From Nanohaloarchaea archaeon B1-Br10_U2g21 (GTDB lineage Archaea; Nanohalarchaeota; Nanosalinia; Nanosalinales; Nanosalinaceae): a DNA stretch of 64,000 bases. The notes under the pieces were generated by a model that saw only the letters and a list, made by a program, of their open reading frames with translations, searched no databases and was not told the DNA's origin. Position 1 is the first letter of the stretch. Every line of letters starts with the position of its first letter. The position numbers and the translations under genes were made by a program. The stretch is taken from assembly GCA_001563915.1 (NCBI GenBank), contig LKMP01000001.1, forward strand, positions 32,001-96,000, read 5' to 3'. This document shows positions 28,940 through 39,377 of this stretch, piece by piece.

Positions 28940-30705
28940 AAGGTATAGGTTATGCGTTAGAAGCAATGGTGGCAACTATAACGATACTCATATTCTCTCT
29001 TGGAGCTATGCAGGTAGCTGGACCTAGTCAAGACTGGTCAGATTATCAAAGAGAGGTAGCCGCTCAGGATTTAACTTATTCACTTCAGGCTTCAGGCCAC
29101 CTTGAAAATTTTGTTCAGAGAGGTGAAACCGGTTCAATGCAAACAGCTCTTAAGACAATATCTGATAGAGACATGGAGGTAACAGGTCTAGTCTCAAACG
29201 TTCCTGTTTATGAAACAGATATAGGTTTTTACACTAAAGAAGATGACAGAATTACACAGACGTTGACTGATGATTTAGGCCAGTGTGAAGGCAGCATAGG
29301 AGAGCTTGAAGATTTTTCAGAAGATCCTGTTCTCAGAACTGATGGAGAGTATGAGGAAGAAAGCGAATACAATGTGACACTCTATTTTGGTAATACTAAT
29401 CCAACTCATAAAGACACGCCTTCGGGCTATGATACCTTATGGGTTGATAATGGAACTCAGAGATGCCAATTTGCTGAAGAAGATGGTCCTTTTTACACTA
29501 ATGAGATGTTTTTCTGGGGAGACTGGGAAAGCGAAGCAGATACTGACTTCTTCGACTTTAAGGAAGTTGAAGACGATGAAGAAGCCACTTTTTACAGAGC
29601 TACTCAACCACGCAATATTACGAATATGATTGATAGAGGAGTAAATGAAATACGTGCAGACATTTCTATGGATATGGTGGATTTCGAAGAGATTGAATCT
29701 GAAGATTATGATTTTCTAGTATTCAGAGAACGAGAGGTACTTTCAGACATCGAAAATAATAGAGAAATACTCGAAAATCATGTAGTTAATGGTCCTGCTC
29801 TCTTTATGATGAATCTGGAAGAAGATGACTTAGATGATTATAGTTTTATGGAAGATACAAATTTTGAATGGATGGATGCAGGCTATGAAGACGGATATGA
29901 TGGTGAAGCGACTAATGTGGCCTTTTCAGGTCATTCGGAATCAAGTCAGATAGAGACATATTTTGAAGGTTTAGGAGGTACAACTTCAGAAGTATCTATG
30001 AAACCTCCAGGCAAATTAGTTTCAAATGCTGAAGGTACTCTTGAGCCGTCAAGACATACGGTGTATACACCAGGAGAGTCTTATGATATCTCTGATATGG
30101 AAGTTGTAGTAGAAGATATGGATGAGGTTGAGGAAGATGATGTAAATGGAGAGCCTGAAAGCGAATGTTATGGAGAAGACTATGCTATTACAGAATATGA
30201 AGGTGTTGACTTTCCGGACTATGGACAAGTCAATGTGATAAATGTGCGTCTTGGTTCAGACTCGGAATCATGTAATTTAGATGAAAGAGGAGTGAAAATA
30301 GATACTACTCAATCAGGAGAATATGACTCTGACTTGATTCTAAACGGTGAAGAAATTGAACTTGGAGGGAGAAATTATATTATGAATACTCAGGAAATTG
30401 ATGACTGTGATGGAAGACATGAATGCATTGAGTTCCTGAGCGGCGCAGAGTCATTTATTGAAATAGCTCCTTATCGTGAAACATTTAGTGATTTCAGAGG
30501 TCAAAAAATAATGTTTACGGGATATAAGGAAGAATACCAAGAACATGATCTTAAACTGCTAGGCGCGATGATATATTGGCTAAGAGGAGATCAGTACAGT
30601 TTTCAAGGCGATGAAGATCCAGAAGGAGTATCCACAACAGCATACGGCAGTGTAGAAGAAGAGGTATATCTGCCTTATTCTATCAATCTAAGGTGGTCTG
30701 AATAA
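28936..30705 (+). CDS. Large acidic pilin-like surface protein
   Basis: MKG|IGYALEAMVA hydrophobic N-terminus; several Cys; GTGA overlap. Confidence 0.75.
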   Translation: MKGIGYALEAMVATITILIFSLGAMQVAGPSQDWSDYQREVAAQDLTYSLQASGHLENFVQRGETGSMQTALKTISDRDMEVTGLVSNVPVYETDIGFYTKEDDRITQTLTDDLGQCEGSIGELEDFSEDPVLRTDGEYEEESEYNVTLYFGNTNPTHKDTPSGYDTLWVDNGTQRCQFAEEDGPFYTNEMFFWGDWESEADTDFFDFKEVEDDEEATFYRATQPRNITNMIDRGVNEIRADISMDMVDFEEIESEDYDFLVFREREVLSDIENNREILENHVVNGPALFMMNLEEDDLDDYSFMEDTNFEWMDAGYEDGYDGEATNVAFSGHSESSQIETYFEGLGGTTSEVSMKPPGKLVSNAEGTLEPSRHTVYTPGESYDISDMEVVVEDMDEVEEDDVNGEPESECYGEDYAITEYEGVDFPDYGQVNVINVRLGSDSESCNLDERGVKIDTTQSGEYDSDLILNGEEIELGGRNYIMNTQEIDDCDGRHECIEFLSGAESFIEIAPYRETFSDFRGQKIMFTGYKEEYQEHDLKLLGAMIYWLRGDQYSFQGDEDPEGVSTTAYGSVEEEVYLPYSINLRWSE

Positions 30706-31028
30706 AAGCACAATTTATGCTTATATCCGCTGTAATAGCAGGATTACTCATGATAACTGTAGGTTCAGTTATATCTGACATACAAGACAGGACTTTTCAT
30801 CCGGAAGATACATCTTATGAAGTGCGATATATAGAGGAAGAAGCCTCGAAAATAACTTCAGGGGGTAGTGTATCTCAGCTAGAGAGACAAAATTATGAGA
30901 ATTTAATTTCAAAAATGGATTATAGTAGTGATGTAGAGTACTGGGACAGAGAAGATTATACGTGCATAAATGTGACATTAACGTCTCCTGATGGTCAAAT
31001 AGAGCTTCCATGTATGGGAAGAAATTGA
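30702..31028 (+). CDS. Small class III signal peptide pilin-like protein, probable ATA start
   Basis: In-frame ATA AAA GCA CAA TTT ATG gives (M)KA|QFMLISAVIAG; ORF track starts at 30717. Confidence 0.7.
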   Translation: MKAQFMLISAVIAGLLMITVGSVISDIQDRTFHPEDTSYEVRYIEEEASKITSGGSVSQLERQNYENLISKMDYSSDVEYWDREDYTCINVTLTSPDGQIELPCMGRN

Positions 31029-31030
31029 AA

Positions 31031-32209
31031 CTAGAAATCCATTATGAAATCTACTTCATCTTCATCAAGATCTAGCTGTCCAGCTAAATTCGGATTAGAT
31101 GCTAAAATACGAGAATAAAGCCTCAAGTCATTTTTTGCATCGTCTTTTGAAATATGGAGTTTTCCGCCAAGCTTTGAGCTAATGTTATCGAGCTTATTTC
31201 TTGAAGCCCGAGAAGAGCCCATAACTCTAAGCTTTGAAGGATACTGGTAGCGCGTCCAACCCTCATATCGTTCGTCTTTACTCAAAGCCACTCCAATAGT
31301 TGAGAAGTCATAAACATACTTCAGTAAATTCCATGACATTCTTTTACGAATCCGTCCATTAAACAAATCTGCTAAAGATAACCAGTAATAGGCTTCAGCA
31401 ACATCCTCTGGTTTTTTGTACTCGCGAGGAATGTTCTCTCTGATCCACTGAACTAAAGTATCGACGTCCTCATCTAAATTGTTTGAAGCCTGACGAGCAT
31501 TATCAGCGCTAGAAGTTTTGAACACTACTTTCAAAGTATCGAATATTTCTTGCTCAGAATCTCTCTGGCCCAATCCTTTAACGTCGTTTTTTCCCAGTTT
31601 TTCTCTTCCTAGAGCTACAGATTCTAAATCATTTATGGCAGACCTCATTTGCCCTCCAGAAAGACGAGCAATACGTTTTACAGCACCCTCATCGTAATCA
31701 ATACCTTCTTGATCTAAAATCCATTTCAAGTGAGCATTAATTGAGTTAGTATGGACAGAATCAAGCTTTATTTCCTCTGCTATATTCCGTAGAGGTCTAA
31801 TCTTCTTATTATAGGCATCATTAGCAGTCATCACGACAGGAAACTTGCTGCCTTCAATTATTGACTTAAGTTCTCTTATTCCTCCGCGATCTCTGCCAGA
31901 CATTCCATCTACTTCATCAATTAAAATCAATTTTTCTCCGCCAAAAAACGAGGCTTGGCGCGTAGCTTCGAGTAACTCCTCCTTTAGCTGTCCTTTAGTT
32001 CTTACATCAGAAGCATTAGTCTCTACTAGTTCAAAACCTAGGTCATTCGCCAAGGCTTCAACCAAAGAGGTTTTACCTGTCCCAGCTTGACCATGAAGAA
32101 GAACGGGTTTACCATTCCAGTCTTCAACATGGGTCTTCAACTTTTTCTTCTGTTTAGAAGCTCCGCGATAGTCTTCTAAACTTTTAGGCCTATACTTCTG
32201 AACCCACAT
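31031..32209 (-). CDS. rfcL: Replication factor C large subunit
   Basis: WVQKYRPK, GQAGTGKT, ETNASDVRT, ILIDEVDG and WIRENIP. Confidence 0.95.
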   Translation of the reverse strand: MWVQKYRPKSLEDYRGASKQKKKLKTHVEDWNGKPVLLHGQAGTGKTSLVEALANDLGFELVETNASDVRTKGQLKEELLEATRQASFFGGEKLILIDEVDGMSGRDRGGIRELKSIIEGSKFPVVMTANDAYNKKIRPLRNIAEEIKLDSVHTNSINAHLKWILDQEGIDYDEGAVKRIARLSGGQMRSAINDLESVALGREKLGKNDVKGLGQRDSEQEIFDTLKVVFKTSSADNARQASNNLDEDVDTLVQWIRENIPREYKKPEDVAEAYYWLSLADLFNGRIRKRMSWNLLKYVYDFSTIGVALSKDERYEGWTRYQYPSKLRVMGSSRASRNKLDNISSKLGGKLHISKDDAKNDLRLYSRILASNPNLAGQLDLDEDEVDFIMDF

Positions 32210-32211
32210 GG

Positions 32212-33159
32212 TTACTCCTCCAAAGCAGCCATTTTAGCTAGTAAAGCTTCAATCTGTATATCAGGACTGGCTCCTTCTGTAATCCTAAAATCAAAATCTC
32301 CTAGAGATTCTACTACTTCTAACTTGGATTTGTCGTCAAGATCTAGATTATAGAGTTCTCTATGAATTGACTTAAGGATATCTTGCCCATCAAGACCTCT
32401 CTCAATCATTAAGTCCATCAAGCTATCTCGTGCATCCATAAACTCGCCTTCCAAGGATTTTTCTAGTATTTCGCTTATCTCTTCGGGTCTTAGTGATGCG
32501 GCGACACTGTAAACATCCTTTTCTTCTATCTCAGTAGTGGATATGGCTGCTGTTTGTAATATATTTGTAACTCTTCTAAGATCTCCGTTGGCAACGCGCA
32601 TAACTGCTTTTACAGCGTCTTCAGAGATTTTAAACTCTTCAGATTCTCCTAAACGAGTTATATAAGCTTTAACGTCTTCTTGTTCAAGCTGATTGAATCT
32701 GAAAACGGCACAACGTGACTGAATAGGATCTATTATTTTTGAAGAATAGTTACAGGACATTATGAATCGGCAGTTTTCTGAAAACTGCTCCATTGTTCTT
32801 CGTAAAGCTTGTTGAGCGTCACTAGTTAAGGAATCGGCTTCGTCAAGAAAAATAATTTTGTAATCGGCATCAATTGGCTTTGTTCTTGCAAAATCCTTTA
32901 TTTTCTCTCTTACAACATTTATGCCTCTCTCATCGGAGGCATTAGTCTCCATAAAGTTCTGCTTCCAGCTATCGCCATATAAATCCTTCGCTAGTGCAAT
33001 TGCTGAAGTAGTTTTACCAGTTCCTGGAGGGCCAGCAAAGAGCATGTGCGGAATAGATTCATTTTCGACAAAGGCGTTTAGTCTATTCGTTATGGCGTCT
33101 TGCCCTACTACTTCGTCCAGTGTAGAAGGTCTGTGCTTCTCAGTCCAAACATCTATCAT
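32212..33159 (-). CDS. rfcS: Replication factor C small subunit
   Basis: WTEKHRP, GPPGTGKT, NASDERG, DEAD, LRRTME and IQSRC; true start ATG 33159. Confidence 0.97.
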   Translation of the reverse strand: MIDVWTEKHRPSTLDEVVGQDAITNRLNAFVENESIPHMLFAGPPGTGKTTSAIALAKDLYGDSWKQNFMETNASDERGINVVREKIKDFARTKPIDADYKIIFLDEADSLTSDAQQALRRTMEQFSENCRFIMSCNYSSKIIDPIQSRCAVFRFNQLEQEDVKAYITRLGESEEFKISEDAVKAVMRVANGDLRRVTNILQTAAISTTEIEEKDVYSVAASLRPEEISEILEKSLEGEFMDARDSLMDLMIERGLDGQDILKSIHRELYNLDLDDKSKLEVVESLGDFDFRITEGASPDIQIEALLAKMAALEE

Positions 33160-33210
33160 AGAAGAAAATGAGTAGATGAAGCTTTTATTCCTTTCAAATA
33201 CATCCTTGGT

Positions 33211-33678
33211 ATGAAGGTAGGTATAACTGGAACGCCTGGCACTGGTAAGACTTCGGTAGCAAAAAAACTTGATAGAGATATAATTGACTTGAAAGAATTT
33301 GCTAAAGTAAAAGGGCTGGGTGAGCAAAAGAAAGACTTCGAAGTCGATGTTGAGTCATTAAAAAAAGAGCTGCCAGAAAATTACTGGATAGAAGGCCATT
33401 TAGCTCATGAATTGCCGCTGGACTATTGTATCGTTCTACGCACAAGCCCTAGCATATTGAGAGAAAGACTGGAAAAACGAGACTATAATGATGGGAAAAT
33501 CAGCGAAAATATTGAAGCTGAGGCCATGGATCTTATTTTAAGTCAGGCGTCACACCTGAAGGTTTATGAAATAGATACTACGAATAAAGAAGCTGAAGAT
33601 GTGGCTGAGGAAATTGAGAGAGCATTTGGAGAGAAAAAGGAGAGAAAAGGTATAGTTGACTGGACAGAGTACCTTTAG
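33211..33678 (+). CDS. Adenylate kinase, AK6/Fap7 type
   Basis: ITGTPGTGKT, EGHLAH, LRERLEKRDY...K..EN..AE and IDTT. Confidence 0.9.
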   Translation: MKVGITGTPGTGKTSVAKKLDRDIIDLKEFAKVKGLGEQKKDFEVDVESLKKELPENYWIEGHLAHELPLDYCIVLRTSPSILRERLEKRDYNDGKISENIEAEAMDLILSQASHLKVYEIDTTNKEAEDVAEEIERAFGEKKERKGIVDWTEYL

Positions 33679-33983
33679 GCTTTTTCTTTTACCCATTGCT
33701 TAAGTTGCGGTTCTGTCATTGCACCAGTCTGTCTAGCTGTTTCTTGTCCATCCTTAATTATTAGAAGAGTTGGTAGCGCTCGAACCCCCATTTTTCCACC
33801 AATCTGTTGGTGTTCCTCCATATCAACTTTTCCAAAGTTGATGTCTTCGAATTCTTCACTGACTTTTTCATAGATTGGTGCTAGTTGCTTACATGGTCCG
33901 CACCAAGAGGCCCAGAAGTCTAGGATCCATGTCTCATTGGAATTCATTATTTCGTTTAGTTTTTCGGCATCTACTTCTTTCAT
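33675..33983 (-). CDS. trxA: Thioredoxin
   Basis: DFWASWCGPCK. Confidence 0.96.
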   Translation of the reverse strand: MKEVDAEKLNEIMNSNETWILDFWASWCGPCKQLAPIYEKVSEEFEDINFGKVDMEEHQQIGGKMGVRALPTLLIIKDGQETARQTGAMTEPQLKQWVKEKA

Positions 33984-34765
33984 TAATTTTCATCCTCCAT
34001 AAATACAGTTCTGATTGGGTAAGGTATATCAATTCCTTCCTCATCGTAATACTCTTTAACTCGTTGAGTTACTTCTGATGTCGCTCCTAGAAGGTTTGCG
34101 CGAGAAGGTTTAGTCCATCCTCTCAAAGTCAAGTCTACTGAAGAGTCATTAAGGTCTGAAACTAGAACCATTACGTCGTGCTCTTTAGAAACTTTTTCAG
34201 AGTCGTTTAATGCTTCTAAAGCAAGCTCTTTTGCTTTTTCTATATTTTCCTCATAACCGATTCCTACCAGTACGTCAAACCGTCTTTCGTCGTAAGCTGT
34301 ATTGTTGATAACGGTGTCGTTGTAGAGCTTTGAATTTGGTACTATGATCTTCCTTCCATCATAAGTTTTGACATCTGTAGCCATTATGTTGATGTCTTTC
34401 ACAGTTCCTGCTAGACCTTCGAATTCTATCTGGTCGTTAATTTTGAAGGGCTTGTTAATCATTATTAGTATGCCTGAGAAAAAGTTTGCAATTACATCTC
34501 TCAATGCAAAAGATATTCCTAGTCCTATAAGCCCTAAGGCAGTACCTAGATGTGATAAAGGTAGTCCAAAAACTCCTAGTGCTAATATAGCAGTTAGCGG
34601 ATAAATTATATAGGTTGTAAGTTTTTTAGCAGTCTTTGCTGCATGTTTATCGCCATCCCTACGCTCTACGGCTCTATCAATCATTAAATTTGAGGCTTTA
34701 TTCGCCAAAACTCCGGCCACAAGCACTGAAAATGCAAATAACAACGTTAACGTTGTTATCTCCAA
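33983..34765 (-). CDS. mscS: Small-conductance mechanosensitive channel
   Basis: GISFALRDVIANFFSG, KPFKIND, VPNS and GIDIPYP. Confidence 0.93.
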   Translation of the reverse strand: MEITTLTLLFAFSVLVAGVLANKASNLMIDRAVERRDGDKHAAKTAKKLTTYIIYPLTAILALGVFGLPLSHLGTALGLIGLGISFALRDVIANFFSGILIMINKPFKINDQIEFEGLAGTVKDINIMATDVKTYDGRKIIVPNSKLYNDTVINNTAYDERRFDVLVGIGYEENIEKAKELALEALNDSEKVSKEHDVMVLVSDLNDSSVDLTLRGWTKPSRANLLGATSEVTQRVKEYYDEEGIDIPYPIRTVFMEDEN

Positions 34766-34888
34766 TCCAAGGCTTGCTACTACGGCTTCTATTTCTCCAT
34801 TTAAGTTGTTTAGAGGGATAAAATAAACACCTATACAAGTTAAACACGGAATGTATTTTATTAAAAGATTCGATAACTAAAACCCGAC

Positions 34889-35764
34889 ATGCACTCTCGG
34901 TATAATGCACTACAAAACCGCGAAATAAAAGATTTGCATAACAAGACGGCTGTAGTAATAGGTCTAGGTGCTACAGGGTCGGTTATAGCAGAACACCTTG
35001 CGCGATATGGGGTAAAATTGTGCTTAGTTGACCGAGATTATCTCGAAATAAAAGATCTTTATACTTCGAATATATACACTAAAAAACAGTGCAAGAAAGC
35101 ATTGCCTAAAGCTATTGCAGCACAAAAGAAATTGCAAGGACTAACAGAAACAAAGGCTGTGGTTAAAAATGTTGAACAAGTTTCAGATATTCCGGAGTCT
35201 GATATAGTAATTGACGGAACTGACAATATTGAAACAAGAAAAATCATAGATGAGGCATCAAAAAATAGAAATAAGCCATGGATATTCTCTTCTGCTTTAG
35301 GAGAGAGAGGAATTTCAATGTTTATCGATGAGGCTTGCTTCAACTGCATGACTCAAGGTCTTAATCCTAGAGATAGTTGTGAAACTTATGGTGTTATGCG
35401 AGAGATATCTTCAATTACAGCGTCCTGTTCAAGCCTGAAAGCGGTGGATTATCTCTCAGGAGTCAATGTGGAGGAAAAGTTAGAATTAATTCCATCTATG
35501 AAGTCTTTTACTCCAAAAAAATGTGAATGTAGTGAAGAAAGAGTTTTTAAGACTTCAAATGTGTGCGGAGATAATAAATATCAGGTTTTTGGAGACTCAA
35601 AGCCCGAGGATATAAGAGGGAAAACACTAGCTGAGAATAAATACCTGAAAAGAGTTGAGTTTAATAATTCTAAATTAACGCTTTTTAAATCCGGAAGAGC
35701 TATAATTGAGGCAGAAAGTCAGGAGTCTGCTGAAAGACTGTACAGAGAAGCCACTTCTATATAA
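34889..35764 (+). CDS. ThiF/MoeB/E1-like adenylyltransferase
   Basis: IGLGATGS, LVDRD, DGTDN..TR, CFNC and SCETYGV. Confidence 0.88.
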   Translation: MHSRYNALQNREIKDLHNKTAVVIGLGATGSVIAEHLARYGVKLCLVDRDYLEIKDLYTSNIYTKKQCKKALPKAIAAQKKLQGLTETKAVVKNVEQVSDIPESDIVIDGTDNIETRKIIDEASKNRNKPWIFSSALGERGISMFIDEACFNCMTQGLNPRDSCETYGVMREISSITASCSSLKAVDYLSGVNVEEKLELIPSMKSFTPKKCECSEERVFKTSNVCGDNKYQVFGDSKPEDIRGKTLAENKYLKRVEFNNSKLTLFKSGRAIIEAESQESAERLYREATSI

Positions 35765-35787
35765 ACGAGACTAATTCAGTATCTTTT

Positions 35788-36633
35788 ATGTTGGATGATG
35801 CTGACTACATAGATTACGGTTTGCAGTTAGCATTTACAGTGCTTGCAATGGCAAGCACTCTTCTAGTAGAGCCATCAAAACCCACCACATTCATATTCGC
35901 TATGGGTATACCTGTTCTATTTGGGCATACAGCCTATATATCTAGAAACAATTTTTCAAAGGCCTCATCGGCATCTATTATTGCATTGGTTTTTGCACCT
36001 ATAGGGATTATAACTGCATTATTAGCTGTGTTGTTGATATCTGCAAATTTACTCGTATCTATATTTTCATCAGGAGAATCATTTAGAGGATTTTATGGCT
36101 CAACTTCAATTCCGCTAATAATTATTGGTGTTCTAATAGGGTCAGTTCTTACTGTTTCGATGGCGCTGGACCCGGCTTTTGAAGAACAGGTAGAAGAAGA
36201 ATTTTCAGAGTTCATGACATGGAAGACAGGTATAATGATAGAGCAATCAGGAATTATAGATAGTCAACAAGAAGTTCAACAAGAGCCAATGCAAGATTTA
36301 CAGCAGAGTATGGTTTCATCTCTCCAATCAGAAGTCACGAATCATTACATGAATGAAGGTGGAGAGGATGCAGAGATTTTAGAGGAAGCTTTTGATTATG
36401 CAGACCAAGAATTACAGCGAGACTTGGAGGAAGAAGCCTCAGAAGAGTTAAACGAATCTGAAGATGTTGAGAGGCAAGTAGAATCGATGACCTCTAACGT
36501 GATAGAAGATAGGATGATATATATCATCATACCTTTACTTGTACTAGGCTTATATGCATTCCAGCCCTTGTTAGGGCTTTTAACTGCATTTTCAGCAGTA
36601 TTTTTCAGCCTAGTATATCACGAATTCTCTTGA
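35788..36633 (+). CDS. Hypothetical membrane protein
   Basis: Multiple TM segments with an acidic loop. Confidence 0.7.
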   Translation: MLDDADYIDYGLQLAFTVLAMASTLLVEPSKPTTFIFAMGIPVLFGHTAYISRNNFSKASSASIIALVFAPIGIITALLAVLLISANLLVSIFSSGESFRGFYGSTSIPLIIIGVLIGSVLTVSMALDPAFEEQVEEEFSEFMTWKTGIMIEQSGIIDSQQEVQQEPMQDLQQSMVSSLQSEVTNHYMNEGGEDAEILEEAFDYADQELQRDLEEEASEELNESEDVERQVESMTSNVIEDRMIYIIIPLLVLGLYAFQPLLGLLTAFSAVFFSLVYHEFS

Positions 36634-36665
36634 AAGCTTTAAGATTACACGTATTGAGTTAATTC

Positions 36666-39347
36666 ATGACTATTGAACTGGTAGAAGGGGATGGTCAGGA
36701 TAGGTTGCCTGAAGAGTTCAGACCTTATGTAAAGGAGTGGTTCAATTCGGAGTTCGAAAATTTGAGTCCTCCGCAAAAACATTCATTTCAACTTATACAC
36801 GAAAAAGAGAACTCATTAATTTGTGCTCCTACCGGATCTGGAAAAACGCTTTCAGCATTCCTCTCCGCCCTAAATAATCTTTTTGAGAAGGGTGAGAAAA
36901 AAGAGCTAGAGGACAAAATATATACCGTGTATGTATCTCCTTTAAGAGCACTAAATAATGACATAAAGAGGAATCTTGAGGCGCCTCTACAAGGAATACT
37001 TGAAAAAGCAGAGGAAATGGGATATGAAGTTCCCGAAGTACGAAGTGCAGTAAGAACAGGCGATACAACTGATGCAGAAAAAGCTGCAATGCGGAAAAAA
37101 CCACCTCATATACTAATCACTACGCCTGAGTCTCTAGGAATTGTGCTTAGCTCACCAAAATTCAGAGAAAACCTTAAAGATGCAGAATATATGATAGTAG
37201 ACGAAATTCACTCGCTTTCAGAAAATAAGAGAGGCGTACATCTTTCACTATCGATGGAGAGGCTTCAAGAACTTTCTGAAAATAATCTAACGAGGATAGG
37301 TCTATCAGCTACACAAGCTCCTATAAAGGATATAGCAAGTTATCTTGTAGGATTTGATGTTGAGGAGGAAAATTGGGATTATGAGACTGATTATGGCACT
37401 ATAGTAGATATGGCCGAGGAGGCCTCAAAGGATGAGTTTGATACAAGAGGATGTAAAATTGTAGATGTTTCTGCATCAAAAGAGATTGATATTGAAACTA
37501 TTTCGCCTGTTAGAGATCTAATCTATACGGAGAGTGGAGAAGTACATGAAGCGATGTATGACAAGATAAATAATTTGATTCAAACTCATGAATCTACTCT
37601 AATATTTACTAACACAAGGAGCGCCACTGAAAGAGTTGTAAACAACTTAAAAGAGCGCTTCGATGACTACAACGATAATATAGGAGCACACCACTCTTCA
37701 ATGTCTAGAGAGGAAAGACTTGAAGTAGAAGAAAAACTGAAGAAGGGGGAGATGAAGGTGGGGGTCACTTCAACGTCACTGGAATTAGGAGTAGATATAG
37801 GAGCTGTAGATCTCGTTATACAGATAGGATCGCCTAAAGGGGTAGCTAGAGGAATTCAGAGAATAGGGCGGTCGGGACATCAGATAGGAAAAAAAGCAAA
37901 AGGAAAAATGCTGGTGGTTGATAGAGATGAAGCTTTAGAATGCTCAGTACTAACAAAATGCGCGAGAGAAGATGACCTTGACAGAATTCAAATACCGGAA
38001 AATTGTTTAGATGTTTTAGCGCAGCAAATTGTGGGTATGGCATGTGATCACAGATGGAGTATTGATCACGCCTACAATATCATAAGAAAGAGCCACTGCT
38101 ATAGAAATCTGACAAGGGAGGACTATGACTCAGTGCTACAGTATCTAGGAGGAGAGTTTGAACTAGAAGATCAGAATGTCTACAGGAAGATATGGCTCAA
38201 CAGAGAGAAAGGTCTTTTAGGGCGTTCAGGAAAAATGACACGGGTAATATACATGACTAACATTGGTACAATTCCTGATGAGACAGGATATGAAGTTGTT
38301 ACTCGTGGAAGCAAGAACTTTGTTGGTAGTCTAGATGAAGAATTTCTTGACCGGCTGACAAAAGGAGATATATTCACGCTTGGGGGAAATACTTACCAAT
38401 TCAGCTATGCTCGCGGAATGAAAGTGTATGTCGATCCTAAACCTAAAAGCAGACCTACAGTACCATCATGGTACTCCGAACGCCTGCCTTTAAGCTACGA
38501 CTTAGGCATCAGAATAGGAGAATTCCGTGAAAAAATTGCAAAACAGCTTAAGATGAATGCTTCAAGAGATGAGATTATTCAATGGATTATGCATAACTAC
38601 TATCTTGATGAGTATACTGCTGAGGCAGTCTATAGCTATATAGGAGAACAATACCGATTTGCTGGCACAGTAGCCACGCACAATAGTATAACAGTAGAAA
38701 AATATATTGATGAAGATAACAGGCAAAACTTGATATTTCACACTATTTATGGGAGAAGAGTTCATGATGCGCTAGCACGTATAATGGCTCATATACTCCA
38801 GAAAAAGTACGGGTCGAATATTGGAATGGTGATTGATGATAATGGATTCATACTGAGGACTCCCAGAAGGCCTGTAGACCTTGATTCGCTTTTTGAAGAG
38901 CTCCAGAAGTGCGATCCGTATAAAGAACTGAAAGAAGCAGTAGGTAAAACTGAACTTATGAAGAGAAGATTTAGACATGTGGCAGGCAGGTCATTGATGA
39001 TACTGAGGAGCTATAAGGGTGACTCAAAGACTGTTGGTCAACAACAGATGAAAGGCCATTTTTTGATTTCAACTATCAGAAACCGGTATTCGGAAGAGTT
39101 TCCGATGATAAAAGAAACTTATAGAGAAATTATGGAAGACGCGATGGATTTGAATAATGCGGAAAAAGTGATTCAAGGCCTTAGGGAAGATGAGGTAAAA
39201 TGGACTCGATTTGAACCTGAAGTACCGTCGCCTTTCAGTCACAACTTATTGTTGCAAGGGAGTACTGATGTGATAAAGATAGAGGATAGGCAAGAAAGAC
39301 TGAGAAAACTTCACGAACAAGTGATGGAGAGAATACAACAACAATAA
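36666..39347 (+). CDS. lhr: Lhr-family ATP-dependent helicase
   Basis: APTGSGKT, SPLRALNNDI, RTGDT, DEIH, GLSAT, SLELGVD, QRIGRSGH and GTIPD. Confidence 0.95.
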   Translation: MTIELVEGDGQDRLPEEFRPYVKEWFNSEFENLSPPQKHSFQLIHEKENSLICAPTGSGKTLSAFLSALNNLFEKGEKKELEDKIYTVYVSPLRALNNDIKRNLEAPLQGILEKAEEMGYEVPEVRSAVRTGDTTDAEKAAMRKKPPHILITTPESLGIVLSSPKFRENLKDAEYMIVDEIHSLSENKRGVHLSLSMERLQELSENNLTRIGLSATQAPIKDIASYLVGFDVEEENWDYETDYGTIVDMAEEASKDEFDTRGCKIVDVSASKEIDIETISPVRDLIYTESGEVHEAMYDKINNLIQTHESTLIFTNTRSATERVVNNLKERFDDYNDNIGAHHSSMSREERLEVEEKLKKGEMKVGVTSTSLELGVDIGAVDLVIQIGSPKGVARGIQRIGRSGHQIGKKAKGKMLVVDRDEALECSVLTKCAREDDLDRIQIPENCLDVLAQQIVGMACDHRWSIDHAYNIIRKSHCYRNLTREDYDSVLQYLGGEFELEDQNVYRKIWLNREKGLLGRSGKMTRVIYMTNIGTIPDETGYEVVTRGSKNFVGSLDEEFLDRLTKGDIFTLGGNTYQFSYARGMKVYVDPKPKSRPTVPSWYSERLPLSYDLGIRIGEFREKIAKQLKMNASRDEIIQWIMHNYYLDEYTAEAVYSYIGEQYRFAGTVATHNSITVEKYIDEDNRQNLIFHTIYGRRVHDALARIMAHILQKKYGSNIGMVIDDNGFILRTPRRPVDLDSLFEELQKCDPYKELKEAVGKTELMKRRFRHVAGRSLMILRSYKGDSKTVGQQQMKGHFLISTIRNRYSEEFPMIKETYREIMEDAMDLNNAEKVIQGLREDEVKWTRFEPEVPSPFSHNLLLQGSTDVIKIEDRQERLRKLHEQVMERIQQQ

Positions 39348-39377
39348 ATTCATGCCTTACAAAATCAAATTAAGAGA

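Noticed and set aside
33160-33327. N-terminal extension of RFC-S in the ORF track (similar extensions at 22698, 23336 and 56603)
   Set aside because: The extensions overlap neighbouring genes and precede the family-typical starts.
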